Source of the DNA: Octopus sinensis
Lineage: Eukaryota
Direction: 5' to 3'
Length of the DNA stretch: 48,704 bases
Assembly: GCF_006345805.1 (NCBI RefSeq)
Contig: NW_021834404.1
Coordinates: 1 to 48,704, forward strand
Both the position numbers and the translations under genes were made by a program. Below the pieces are notes generated by a model, which saw nothing but the letters and a program-made list of their open reading frames with translations, made no database searches and had not been told where the DNA came from. Of this stretch, positions 1 to 12,234 are shown one piece after another; the first letter of the stretch is position 1, and each line of letters starts with the position of its first letter.

Positions 1-500
1 TGAATGTGACGTGGAAGGTTCGGTTTGCTTTACTTCGTTGGACCCTCCGCCATCGAACGGAATTTAGCACTTTGGAGTAACTAAAATCAGAAGTACTAGA
101 GTCGTATCGAGATCGATATGTCTTCTTACACCTTAGATCTAAATTACACATGAATTTTAATGTTTATAGAGTATCCAGCGCCAATTCAAAGATAGGTGCG
201 GACAACAAATCTATCGAGCAGCCTGTATTTCTATGTGTGTGTATGTGCGTAAGTATCTGCGCAACATAATTCGTTGGCGTGTATGATTTGCTATAAAACA
301 AGGAGCGGTCTGAAATGAGCGATCCTGTTGTTAATACATGTTGAAACCGCTGTGAACTTCAGTCATCGGCTGATGAAGGGATTTAAGTATCCATGTTTAT
401 GGTTTTCCTTGTCCTGTGCTCCTTACCTCTTCACCGTGTCTAATTTTTCTTATATTTGACTAGTAATTTAACATTGGTTTGTCACCATATTAATATGACG
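1..500 (+). mobile_element. Unclassified repeat-like segment, possibly a Penelope/DIRS-type terminal region
   Basis: TATAAAA near 293 and CTGATGAAGGG at 370-380 followed by a pyrimidine-rich tail ending at an (AAT)n tract; layout resembles 14172-14390. No ORF. Confidence 0.25.
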
Positions 501-502
501 AC

Positions 503-543
<41 letters not shown>

Positions 544-547
544 TAAC

Positions 548-616
<69 letters not shown>

Positions 617-617
617 T
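503..617. repeat. (AAT)n microsatellite
   Basis: Near-pure AAT run; source of the poly-I/Y/L ORFs. Confidence 0.97.
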
Positions 618-1352
618 GAGATATGGGTCAGGAAAAGTATCTTGGAAGAAGAATGAATTACTAGAGATGGAGCGGAGAACACGTAAATTAATAACAACGA
701 ACAAGGAACTACATCCCAAGAGTGGTGTGTCAAGATTGTATGTAAAGAGGAAAGAAGGAGGACGAGGATTGGTGTCTTGTGAAGGTTGTGTAAGGGAAGA
801 GGAGAATAGCCTGGCTTGGTGTATCAAGAGGAGAAAAGAAGAAATGATTGAAGCAATGAAAATGCAGGGAACCTTGAGAGTGAACGAAACCGTAGGTCAA
901 ACACGATTTAATAAAGACCAGAGAGAACAGATGAAGAAAATTTGGCAGGACAAGAAAATACAGAGTCAGTTCTTGAAGAATAAAGATGAGATTGATTGGA
1001 ATAGAACTTGGCAATGGCTACAGAAAGGAGACTTAAAAGGGCCTACTAAGGCATTAATGTGTAGCACTCAAAACAAGCTCTCAGAACGAACTGCTCCAAA
1101 TATCATATTGATAAAAGCATTGACTTGCCACAGAGCAGGATGTGCTCTGAGAAAGGAGAAAGTATAAGCCATATTGTTAGTGAGTGCTGTAAGCTCGAAC
1201 AACGCGAATACAAAAGGAGACACGACAATGTGGCCAGATATGTCCATTAACTGTTGTACGGTAAAGCAAACCACGAAGGAGCCGAACAATGGTATAAACA
1301 CAAGCCAGAGGGAGTAATGGAAAGCGAACATTACAAAATAACTAACAGAATA
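616..1352 (+). pseudogene. Decayed R4/Dong-clade non-LTR retrotransposon fragment (RT C-terminus to zinc knuckle)
   Basis: HPKSGVSRLYVKRKEGGRGL motif; after a frameshift near 1068 the frame reads QALRTN..KYHIDK...SRMCSEKGESISHIVSECCKLEQREYKRRHDNVARYVH*..QWYKHKPEGVMESEHYKI, a degenerate CCHC knuckle typical of REL-type LINEs. In-frame stop; truncated at both ends. Confidence 0.88.
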
Positions 1353-1571
1353 AAAAAAAGAAGATGGAAGTTTGACATGAAACACAGAACATCTACCATT
1401 CCTTCTATCCTATTCCTCGACCATCTTACTACATCTTCTCTCACTCCACCATCACCACATCCACTTCATATACCTTCCAAATATGTCTAAGGTCTGTTAG
1501 AAAATGTGGCGACAATATCATAGTTAAGAAACTCCAACGAAGCCTGCCAAATTTGTCAATCTTTTTGCTTA

Positions 1572-1962
1572 TCTATATATATAAAGCTGAAGTTGTCTGT
1601 ATGTGGTATGTTTGGTAGCCTTCAATTAACACTATCACCTCCGAGACCCTGCGGCGCAAGTTGACTAAAATTGAGTCTATGATAGAAGATGGCTTGCTCT
1701 TTATTCCGTAGAAGATAAAATTCAAATCGGACCATGTTAACAACAAAAATTATTTACATCAAAAAGGTGCTTTTTTTTCTATGAAAATCCCTATTTTTTA
1801 CGATTTTTTCTCTGCTGTGTCGCTATTTATCGGTATATTTCAACCAGAAAAATGTTCACTTAAAGAGAATAACAAGCTACATCATGCAAAATTTTTACTT
1901 TTCAAAAATTCCAATTCTAAAGAGTCGAAACAAACCCGAGCAACGCCGGGCGATACTGCTAG
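1572..1962 (+). mobile_element. Non-autonomous Helitron, copy 1 (391 bp)
   Basis: 5' TC, 3' CTAG, inserted between A and T, subterminal hairpin CCCG(A)GC-AAC-GC-CGGG at 1935-1950; second copy at 28932-29321. Confidence 0.9.
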
Positions 1963-2099
1963 TTTATTTATATTTTTGTTGTAGATTTTATTGAATGCTT
2001 TTTTCATTCAATTTTTGTTTGGTTATATATTTGTTATATGTTAGCATTTCTATGTCTGTAAACGTAGGTATGTATATTTCCGATTGAGCACCTAATACA

Positions 2100-2112
2100 A
2101 ATATATATATAT

Positions 2113-2146
<34 letters not shown>

Positions 2147-2634
2147 ATATATATATATATATGTATAACACACATACATTGTACAAGCATGGTTTAAATT
2201 TCATTTAAATTAATAGCAAAAACTTTTTCATTTGGGAGTTTGTACCCCCTGGGGGACTTCTTTGTTCAAAATAAGATATACTTATCCAAATACCCTGGGT
2301 AATATAGTTTCAGAAAACGTAAGGTTATGAGTGTCTATCTCCAAAACACAAGGAAGAGTTCTATAACAAACGAAGGCTACAACTTTATATGTATATGAGT
2401 GTGTTGATATATATATATATATATAGACACACACACATAAATACAGTGAGTGAGACGCACACACACACACATATATATGTGTGTGTGTAAGCATATATAA
2501 TATGTATATGCATGTATATCTGTATATTTACGTATATACTCATATACATACATACGTGCATATATATATATATATATTTGTATGTATGTATATGCATATA
2601 TATATATATGTATATACATGTATGTGTGTATATG

Positions 2635-2681
<47 letters not shown>

Positions 2682-2735
2682 CATATATATATACATATAT
2701 ATATACATATATATATATATATTATATATATATAT
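2100..2735. repeat. Compound (TA)n/(CA)n/(TATG)n microsatellites with a short non-repetitive interruption
   Basis: Direct reading; the I/Y/C/V/M/H ORFs here are artefacts. Confidence 0.9.
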
Positions 2736-3129
2736 GCCAAGTTTATTCAATGTGAGAAAAAGACAAGTTCAAGAAAAGAACTAACTAGTTCTACTTCCTT
2801 TTTAATATCGTTAGCATTGATGTTGTTGCTGTTGTTGTTGTTATAATTACTATTCTTCTGATGATGCTTTTGTTGTGGCTCTTCCTCCTCTTGTTGTTAT
2901 TCTTCTTCTTGTTGTTGTTGTTCGGTTGTAGTAATACGCTTGATTAAAAGTGCGTGACAAATGTTTTAATTATGTATTGCACAGACGAGGAATGTAGAAA
3001 AAGTCTTTAAAAACGCAACACCTTCAGCAGAAGCTGCAGCACGAGTAGCAGCCAGCACCGGCAGCAGTATCAGCAGCAACGACTACCGTTACGATGTACC
3101 ACTAGGAAAGAACAACATTAACAAAATAA

Positions 3130-3255
3130 CTACTAATACTACTACAACCTCAACCACCACCAGCATCACCAGCAGCAGCACCACCACTACTACTACTATT
3201 ACTTCTACTAATACTACTACTACTACTTCTACTATTACTATTACTACTATTACTT

Positions 3256-3286
<31 letters not shown>

Positions 3287-3535
3287 TATTACAACTAATA
3301 TTATTACTACTACTACTATTACTTCTACAATTACTACTAATACTACTACTACTACTTCTAATATTACTTATAATATTACTACTACTACTACTTCTACTAT
3401 TACTACTAATATTACTACTACTACTACTTCTACTAATACTACTAATATTACTACTACTACTACTTCTACTATTACTACTAATACTACTACTACTATTACT
3501 ACTAATATTACTACTACTGCTACTACTACTACTGG
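3130..3535. repeat. Degenerate (TAC/TAT)n field with recurring interrupted sub-units
   Basis: Recurrent ttctactattattactaatattactac variants; source of the poly-Ser ORF. Confidence 0.9.
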
Positions 3536-3621
3536 CATTGATGCTCAGGAAATAAAATTCAAGCATTAGTATACGTATCTATTTATCTAACAAAAAAACA
3601 TATATATAAATGTAATATATA

Positions 3622-3769
3622 GGCGCAGGAGTGGCTGTGTGGTAAGTAGCTTGCTTCCTAAACACATGGTTCCGAGTTCAATCTCACTGAGTGGCACCTT
3701 GAGCAAATGTCTTCGGCTAACTAAAGTCTTGTGAGTGGATTTGGTAGACGGAAACTGAAGAAGCCCATC

Positions 3770-3775
<6 letters not shown>
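3622..3775 (+). mobile_element. tRNA-derived SINE family A, 5' half
   Basis: ggcgcaggagtggctgtgtggtaagtagc head, B-box-like gagttcaatc, body gtgagtggatttggtagacggaaactgaag, ends in (TA)n. Confidence 0.9.
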
Positions 3776-3843
<68 letters not shown>

Positions 3844-3868
3844 TGTGCATTTGAACACATAAATAGAT

Positions 3869-3908
<40 letters not shown>

Positions 3909-4409
3909 CAGAAAAATGAAAAGATAGATCGATAGATACATAAATAGATATATACATAGAGAAACAGACAGAGAGAGATAGACAGATAAATAGATAGATA
4001 GGTAGGTAGATATGTAGATATCCTTCTTTATGAGCCACGCAGGGCCGAACACAGAGCAGACAATACAAAGTAGAACTTTTCGTTTCAAAAGAGAAAAAAA
4101 AAGTACAATAACAAAAAAACTAATAAAATACACAAGAAAATCTCTTATTTTCTTATTCATTCATTGCTCCCCTGGTACGCCCAGCGGCAATATCTGGGCC
4201 TGTGATTTTCTTCGTTTACTGAGAGTAACTTGTAGAATAATTGAGTGAAAAATTATAGAGATTGATCAAGTTCACCTAGAACGCAATAATACCGGAACTT
4301 CTCTTTTGCTCCACTGAACACCTGAGCACTTATTACAAACAATACATTAGCAGAATACTAGATACTGTACGAGAGGACTATCCTTTCTCGTCTCTATAAA
4401 AGCAACGTC

Positions 4410-4417
4410 TGTGTGTG

Positions 4418-4480
<63 letters not shown>

Positions 4481-4512
4481 ATATACATATATATATGCAG
4501 TGTTGCTTTACT

Positions 4513-4544
<32 letters not shown>

Positions 4545-4636
4545 CAGACAGACAGACAGACAGACACACAGACAGACACACAGACAGACACACAGATAGG
4601 CAGGCTGGCAGGCAGGCTGGGAGGCAGGCAGGCAGC

Positions 4637-4680
<44 letters not shown>

Positions 4681-4715
4681 GGGCGGACGGACGGACGGAG
4701 GATGGATGGATGGAT
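4410..4715. repeat. (TA)n, (GATA)n, (GACA)n, (GGCA)n, (GGAT)n compound microsatellite
   Basis: Direct reading. Confidence 0.95.
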
Positions 4716-4717
4716 AA

Positions 4718-5005
<288 letters not shown>

Positions 5006-5049
5006 TTACGCTTGTATAAATATACGTATACTCTTACACACATATATAT

Positions 5050-5105
5050 TTCACGACCTCGCAATTGGTAGCCGAATCCCCTTACCTCTAAGCCACACGC
5101 CTTCA
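5050..5105 (-). mobile_element. Isolated tRNA-like SINE head (family C-like)
   Basis: Minus: gaaggcgtgtggcttagaggtaaggggattcggctaccaattgcgaggtcgtga (A box region), truncated into (TA)n. Confidence 0.55.
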
Positions 5106-5187
5106 CACCCTTACACATACACAAACATACACACACACACACATCATCATCATTATATTACCGTCACATAATATTATCATTATTGTT

Positions 5188-5741
5188 TGATTAGAAGGCA
5201 GTGCATAGCATCAAAGTGACACTAGGGTAAAATATACGAAGCTCAGTATACCCATCGTGACCATCCGTCTGATAAGGGTACACTAGGCACATGCATCACA
5301 ACCGTATGTGCGCGACTTGGTGATCTCGTATCAAGATAAACAGCGCATGACCTTGCAGATGGGGCCCAGTCAGAATCTTCTTCAGGTCGAATAACCCATC
5401 CTGCTCAAAAGGTCCCTGGATAAGGTTTCTTTAATGATGTTGAAGGAAACACCCCATGTTTCCAGAGATAAATTATTCAAACGCCAAAGAATTCCTCGCA
5501 ACACATGGCTTTGATGCTACCCAACAACTCCTGCTCGTGATCAGAGATGTACATATTGCCAACTACTAAGGGACATGCTCAACTGGTTAAGGTCAAGCAA
5601 GTGACAAGCAAATCTCTGGTATTGAGCAGAATATTTGCTGTAGCCCAGCTTTTATACCAAGACAAAACAATGTACATGATAAAAATTCCAATCAGTTAAG
5701 ATCAGAAGCCACGAGAGCCACTGCCTGGTACTGCATCAGGG
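5188..5741 (-). mobile_element. Unclassified ~540-bp non-coding element, copy 1
   Basis: Colinear with 24745-25275 and 30296-30821; (AAT/ATT)-rich sequence on both sides. Confidence 0.85.
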
Positions 5742-5744
5742 AAT

Positions 5745-5750
5745 TTATTA

Positions 5751-5808
<58 letters not shown>

Positions 5809-5880
5809 CATTATTATTATTATTATTATTATTATCATTGTTGTTGTTGCTATTGCTATCCTCATTATCATCATCATCAT
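5745..5880. repeat. (ATT)n microsatellite
   Basis: Direct reading. Confidence 0.95.
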
Positions 5881-6319
5881 CGCATGTCTGAACTACAAGC
5901 ATAGCATCATAATAGTCGAATATAAATATAAGAAAACAGCGGATTTCCTAAATTATATGAACTTAGAAAACAAGAAATTGCTGTTGCAAATGATTATAGC
6001 ATTAGTGCCGCTTCAGGTAATGATATTATTTCCAATTTGTATTATCGACAGAAAAATGTTGCCATATAAGTTTAGCATAGCGGTGTATGTCTTATGTTAT
6101 ATTTAATAATAGAACCATCTTCTAGGATTATCATTTGATGAGAAAAAGACATATTTTCTTTTACTATTTGATGACATCGTTCGAAATTAGATTCCTTGTT
6201 TAGCAATTTTGTTTATAAGTGGTGTGTATATGCAGGTATAGAATGTACACGGTAGTGTGTATTCGTTATTTTACTTGTAGTACGGCCATGTCTGGACAGT
6301 GTTTCAGTGACGCATGCGT

Positions 6320-6560
6320 CGCGCTGTGCCGTAAGAAGCTTGCCTCGCAAACACACGGTTCTAGGTTCGGGAAGATTTTTTTACTATATCACCAGGCTGA
6401 CTAAAAGCCTTGTGAATGTATTTAGTAGTGTGTGTGTGTGTGTGTGTGTGCGTATGCATATGTATATATCAGAGTATGTGTCTTCATGTTTGTATTTGTT
6501 TCCCACCGTTGCTTATTAACTGGTGATGGTTTGTTTACGTTCCTGTTACTTAGCTGCTAT
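6320..6560 (+). mobile_element. Decayed SINE family A
   Basis: ctgtgccgtaagaagcttgcc head, aagccttgtgaatgtatttagtag body, internal (TG)n, ggtttgtttacgttcctgttacttagc tail part. Confidence 0.75.
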
Positions 6561-6698
6561 GTTGATTATATACCACTACCTGTCGCCAGGTGTGCACTGA
6601 TAACTTCTTCCCACAAAGTATAAATTATAAATTATCTTCGAACAGCATCCTTTGCTTTCACCCGATCGAGATTCACCGTTCCAATACATACATACACA

Positions 6699-7190
6699 CA
6701 GTTGGAAATCAGTGAAAAAGAGAACACCTTTTCTGAACTATTGAGAAACCAGTAGTTACTCTATCCAGATTACAAGTTCATGTTTATACCTGTAATTATT
6801 GGGATCCTGGGTTATGTTAAACCTATATACCAATCTTGGGAAATTAGGCTTCCCAAAACCAGAAAGGTGAAAGTTGATTCAAAGACTACAGATCCAGTCA
6901 ATCACTGGAACTGTAAAAATCTGTAACACTTTCCAGAGGTTTACCATTTAAATATATATATGAACATGTCTAGATATGAAGCTATATGCATGAGAATAAA
7001 TGCATAAAGCAAAATACATACATACAAGCATATATACATACATACATACATACATACATACATACGTATATACGAATAAAAATAACTTGTTGATGCCAAA
7101 ATCCGAATGAAGGAACTCTGGATCTAGGTTAGAAACCGGCTCTTTATTGTCCAGAAATCTTGAAATAAAACTAAGCATTGACATACATAG
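6699..7190 (+). pseudogene. 3' end of an R4-like REL-endonuclease LINE with 3' UTR
   Basis: Reads QLEISEKENTFSELLRNQ*LLYPDYKFMFIPVIIGILGYV, then after a frameshift NLGKLGFPKPER*KLIQRLQIQSITGTVKICNTFQRFTI*. IPVIIGxLG matches the VPVVIGALG-type end of REL domains. (CATA)n at both junctions. Confidence 0.8.
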
Positions 7191-7395
7191 ATACATGCAT
7201 ACATGCATACATACATACGCACGTACATACATATATAGATACAAAATATCCTCTCGTAGCATGAAACCAATGGTAGACTTTGCCCAATAAGAAAGAACTT
7301 TTATTCACCATTGCGTTGTTAAGCACTCATTATCTTTGTTTGATATTACTGTATGTGTATGTGTACATACATACATACATACATACATACATACA

Positions 7396-7430
<35 letters not shown>

Positions 7431-7505
7431 GTGTATATATGTATATATATATATTAAATTTCTAAATATCTCATAGAGATATGTACGGTGGTGGGGCGAT
7501 AGAAT

Positions 7506-7758
7506 GGTTGTATACTGTCAATTTAACGTGACTGTAGGGGATTACACCACCGTGGTTTAGCCCTAGGCAGCATCGACAAAGATCCTGAAACATGCGTGTC
7601 TCTAGATGCAGGCCTGGCTGCTGAGGGTGTTTGTCTTCGTAAATATATAAGGACACAGGAAAAAAATGTGTCGAAGCCATCAAGAAGCGTCGATGCTTCC
7701 TAGGGCTAAACAGCGGTGGTGTAATCCCCTACTGTCACGGTAAATTGACAGTGTACAA

Positions 7759-7760
<2 letters not shown>
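7506..7760. mobile_element. MITE, 255 bp, ~72-bp TIRs, AT target duplication (ISL2EU-like termini)
   Basis: 7506-7577 is the reverse complement of 7689-7760 with about 6 mismatches; GG...CC termini; AT at 7504-7505 and 7761-7762. Confidence 0.9.
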
Positions 7761-7812
<52 letters not shown>

Positions 7813-8407
7813 AACTATAGTTTTTCTTTTTTACGTGAGTGTTTCACATTACACGCTCAAACGAATAAACAATGTGATTGATAAAGTTAAAGCTGCCAAA
7901 AGTTTGTCAAGTAACCATCAAATATTTACGTCATGTTAAACAAGTTGCTTATATATAATGAATGTGGCAGTAATTATACTGCTTTATATGTGCTCACAGT
8001 AGGAGAAATGCCATTGCATGGCTGCGCAGAGACTTACTACAGCTTGTATAATGGCATTCAGCGAAGATAAGAGCCTGTTTATACATTCAACCATCAGAAT
8101 TGAGAGCAATCTTTCACAGACTGAAGCAAGCATTATCTCCGAATATTGAATTCAAATTTTTCAAGAATAGAGATAATAAAAATCTCTAGTTTCTTAATCC
8201 CTCTAAGCTGTAAGGAATCATAAATTATTATCCCGTTGGATTTATCTTCGTTATGAAAATGTTAAACAGAACTACTAAATAAATACGGTAGCCTTTATCT
8301 ATTTGTTGGAAGCTGATGTAGGGATATTTACGCGCATGCGTATGTGTAAATGCATGTATGTATACGTCTCTATATGTGCCTGGGTGTGTATGTTTATGCG
8401 TGTGCGT

Positions 8408-8803
8408 GGCGAGCTGGCAGAACCGTTATCACGCCGGGCGAAATGCGTAGCCGTTACGTTCTGAGTTCAAATTCCGCCGAGGTCGACTTTGCCTTTCATC
8501 CTTTCGGGGTCGATAACTTAAGTGCCAGTTACGCACAGGGGTCGATGTAATCGACTTAGTTCGTTTGTCTGTCCTTGTTTGTCCCCTCTATGTTTAGCCC
8601 CTTGTGGGTAGTAAAGAAATAGGTATTTCGTGTGCCGCTACGTTCTGAGTTCAAATTCCGCCGAGATCGACTTTGCCTTTCATCCTTTCGGGGGTCGATA
8701 AATTAAGTGCCAGTTACGCACAGGGGTCGATGTAATCGACTTAGTTCATTTGTCTGTCCTTGTTTGTCCCCTCTATGTTTAGCCCCGTGTGGGTAATAAA
8801 TAA
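8408..8803 (+). mobile_element. SINE family B, head-to-tail dimer with one 5' head
   Basis: ggcgagctggcagaaccgtt head, gagttcaaattcc B box, central gtcgactttgcctttcatcctttcggggtcgataa (resembles the Meta/MESC SINE domain, from memory); unit repeated after gaaatag|gtatttcg at 8622/8623. Confidence 0.92.
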
Positions 8804-8864
8804 ACATATATATCTGTGTGTGCGTGGATACGTGTTTGTGTATTTGTGTGTGACGTCGCGTGGC

Positions 8865-9120
8865 CTAGTGGTGCGGGCGTCGCGCTCACGAACGATAGAC
8901 TGTAGTTTCAATTACTGGCACCGGTGGTGCGTTAGGTTATGTTCTTGAGTAAAGCACTGCGCCTCACGTTGCTCTCCGATCACATCGACACCTGGCGCGT
9001 GGCACACCTCGCAGATATTCAGACAACGTCTATTTTATGGAAGCTGTGAGCTTAATGCACAGCAAAAGCACTTGATTGCTATACACACAAATGATATGTG
9101 AAGGCTGCTGAACAAGAAAT
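8865..9120 (+). mobile_element. tRNA-derived SINE family C (CORE-like central domain)
   Basis: tggcctagtggt A box, gtttcaattac B-box remnant, gttcttgagtaaagcact..cacgttgctc central domain. Confidence 0.7.
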
Positions 9121-9144
9121 TGCAGATTTACAATAATTACATCT

Positions 9145-9202
9145 GAAGGATTTGTCCTCATCTTGTTTGTTTGTTAACACAACGTTTCGGCTGATATACC
9201 CA

Positions 9203-9204
<2 letters not shown>
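9145..9204 (-). mobile_element. Truncated copy of the Penelope-like terminus at 20457-20625
   Basis: Minus: gggtatatcagccgaaacgttgtgttaacaaacaaacaagatgaggacaaa; lacks the CTGATGA half; abuts (AAT)n. Confidence 0.8.
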
Positions 9205-9207
<3 letters not shown>

Positions 9208-9273
<66 letters not shown>

Positions 9274-9658
9274 TAATAATGAATAATAATACTATAATAT
9301 AATAATATAATAATACTAATATAATAATGATAATGATAATGATCATAATCAAATAATAATAATATAATAATAATAATAATAATGATAATGTAATGATAAT
9401 GATAATGAGGAATGATAATGATAAAATAATAATAATAATAATAATCGAATGAAATGATAATGATAATAATCTAATAATAATAATAATAATAATAATACAA
9501 TAATAATAATAATAAAATAATAATAATATAATAATAAAACAATAACAACAACAACAAACAACAACACAACAACAATAACAATAACAATAATAATAATAAT
9601 AATAATAATATAATAATAATAATAATAAAATAATAATAATAACAATAATAATAATAAT
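9208..9658. repeat. (AAT)n/(AAC)n microsatellite field
   Basis: Direct reading. Confidence 0.95.
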
Positions 9659-9659
9659 C

Positions 9660-9845
9660 CTTTCTACTATAGTCACAAGGCCTGACATTAGGGGCGGGGA
9701 ATTGTCGATTACGTTGACCCCTGTGCTCAACTGGTACTTATATAATCGACCCGGAAAGGGTGAAAGGCAAAGTCGACCTCGGCGTTATTTGAGATCGGAT
9801 TGTAAAGGTAGACGAAATCCCGGTAAGCATCTCGCCCTGTGAAAT
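9660..9845 (-). mobile_element. SINE family B with alternative tail (aggccttgtgactatagtagaaa)
   Basis: Minus-strand ccgaggtcgactttgcctttcaccctttccgggtcgattat central domain. Confidence 0.85.
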
Positions 9846-9967
9846 GAAATTTATAATCTCGCCCGGAAAATAACAATTAATTCAACTAAAAGTTCTTCAA
9901 TGCAGTGCTCCAGTATGGCCACAGTCTAATGACTGAAGCAAGTAAAAAAATAGATTATATATACATA

Positions 9968-10080
9968 TATGAGTGGCTGTGTGGTAAGTAATAGTAATAA
10001 TAGTAGCTTGCTTCTGAAATACATGTTTCCGGGTTCAGTCCCACTGCATGGCACCTTGGGCAAAGTCTTCCACTCTAGCC
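9968..10080 (+). mobile_element. SINE family A head with a 15-bp aatagt expansion
   Basis: gagtggctgtgtggtaagt[aatagtaataatagt]agcttgc...ggttcagtcccactgcatggcaccttgggcaa. Confidence 0.88.
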
Positions 10081-10099
10081 TTACTACTATTACTACAAT

Positions 10100-10143
<44 letters not shown>

Positions 10144-10150
10144 TTGTTGC

Positions 10151-10184
<34 letters not shown>

Positions 10185-10455
10185 GTAGTTTTTATTATTA
10201 TGGTTATTATTATTATATTATTATTAATGTTATTATTATTAATATTGTTATTATTGATATTATTATTATTAATATTATTGTTATTATTATTATTGTTATT
10301 ATTATTATTAATGTTATTATTATTAATATTATTATTATTGATATTATTATTATTATTGTTATCATTATTAATGTTATTATTATTATTAATGTTATTATTA
10401 TTAATATTATTATTATTATTATTAATGTTATTATTATTAATGTTATTATCATTAA

Positions 10456-10501
<46 letters not shown>

Positions 10502-10545
10502 TCATTTACTGGTGTAAATAATGATGTTGTTATCATTATTATTGT
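10081..10545. repeat. (TAC)n to (TAT)n microsatellite field
   Basis: Direct reading. Confidence 0.95.
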
Positions 10546-11407
10546 CGTTGTAATAGTTCTATAACGCCAAACAGCAGCTGCTGCAGCATGAGGAGCAAAC
10601 GAGACACTAGGTCGTCGCTGACGCTGTTGTTGGTGTCGTTGCGATGTCATCGCGAGGAGAACAGTTGTGGTGGTGGTGGTGGTGGTAGTGTATGACGATG
10701 CTGGTTTATGATGGTGTTGACGGTGGTGGTGATAATGGCGATGATGAATGATGGTTACGATGGTTACGATGTCGCTGGTACTACTGCTTGTTTCCGCGGG
10801 TCCCAATTATTTTTACGATCCTTACTTAACCGATGTTAACAATGCCTAATGAGCAGCAGGTGTGTTAGGAAACCGCAAGCATCTAACACAGATTCTTGAC
10901 CTGTCCTTCACGGATAATAGATTCTGAAGTTGATGTCACATGCTGCTCAATTGTCACCTTCCCTTCATCATTAGCCTTCTCTTCTTGCTCACACTTCATC
11001 CTTCCCCTCTCTCACTCTTCCCTCTCATTTTACCCTCCCCCTCTCTCTCTCTATCTCCTGTACTATTGCTGTCTTGAGCGTGCTATTTCCTCATTAACAC
11101 CCTTCTTTCTTTTCTTCCTTGTTCTACCATTTCTATCTCATCATTTGCTTCTATCTCACTCTTTCTTTTTCTTTCTTTCTCTCTTTCTTTACATTTCTAT
11201 CTCTCTCTTATTTTGTCTTTCTCTCTCTCTCTCTTTCTTTCCTTTTCTCTCTCTCTCTCTCTTTCTTTATTTTCTGTCCTTCATTATCCAGCGCCCTCCC
11301 TCTCTCGATTTTCTCTTTCTTTCTTCTCCCTTTCACTACTTCATCGTTAGTCCCACTTCCCTCTTTTTTCCTTCATTATTTCTTTCATTCATTATTTCAC
11401 ACGTTCA

Positions 11408-11575
11408 GGATGGTGGATTAGCAAGGTTGTTTGAGCATCAGTTAAAATACGTTACTTCAGTAATTAGTTATCCAGAGCCCTAAGTTCAAATCTCACCAAA
11501 TTTGATTTTGCATTTATTCTCTCCAGGGCTGATAAAATAATACCTATCACTCAAGAACGAGAATCGATATTATTT
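11408..11575 (+). mobile_element. Old decayed SINE family B
   Basis: taagttcaaatctcaccaaatttgattttgcatttattctctccagggctgataaaataatacc aligns by eye to the B box and central domain. Confidence 0.6.
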
Positions 11576-12234
11576 GACAAATTTTCCTCAACCACATTTC
11601 TGGTCTGGTGACAACTTTACAATGATTTTTCTCTGGTTCTTCGGTGTGGTTTTGCATAACCGTTACAAAATTTTGTTCGGTTTTCTTCCCCTTTGTTCAA
11701 TTCCAGCTGAGGACAACATATGTGATCCTTCAAGAGGTAAAAGAAAGGCTGATAAAATAAATTCCAATTACGGAATTATATGACCAATTATTGATGGCCA
11801 TATACTCCATACTCCCCTCCTTACTTAAAAAATTCCGGCTTCGGTATTTCATTCTCTTGTTTTTTCGTCACATCATTAACCTTCATCCAGTCTCGTATTC
11901 CTTTTACTTTCATTCTTTCCTACCATCGTTCCTTCTCTCTTATTTTCTTTCCTACTTTCATTAATATACATTCTTCCCGCGTAAAACGTTTAACATTCAT
12001 TAATTATTTTTTCCCGTTATATATTCTTATAACTCGTTTAAAACGATGGAACTCGAAACAGATAAGGTTATAACTTAAATAATAACATGTAAATATCTAT
12101 CCTGTAAAACATAGCTTCGATAGAGACAGCTGAAAGATGTCCGTGGTACTAACACACATGATCTGTAAGTATGAAAGAGCAACGTTCGTATTTTCCTATC
12201 GAAAGGGTTCCCTTTTTCTTATTTAGCCCTATAC

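Noticed and set aside
340-400. GAAAC...GTC...CTGATGA as a permuted (type II) hammerhead
   Set aside because: Only 5 nt are available for stem I, and stems II and III do not pair properly.
5965-6110. Hydrophobic frame MNLENKKLLLQMIIALVPLQ with cag|gtaatg as the signal exon for 46537
   Set aside because: The donor is phase 0 whereas the peptide frame needs phase 1; AT-rich DNA gives such frames by chance.
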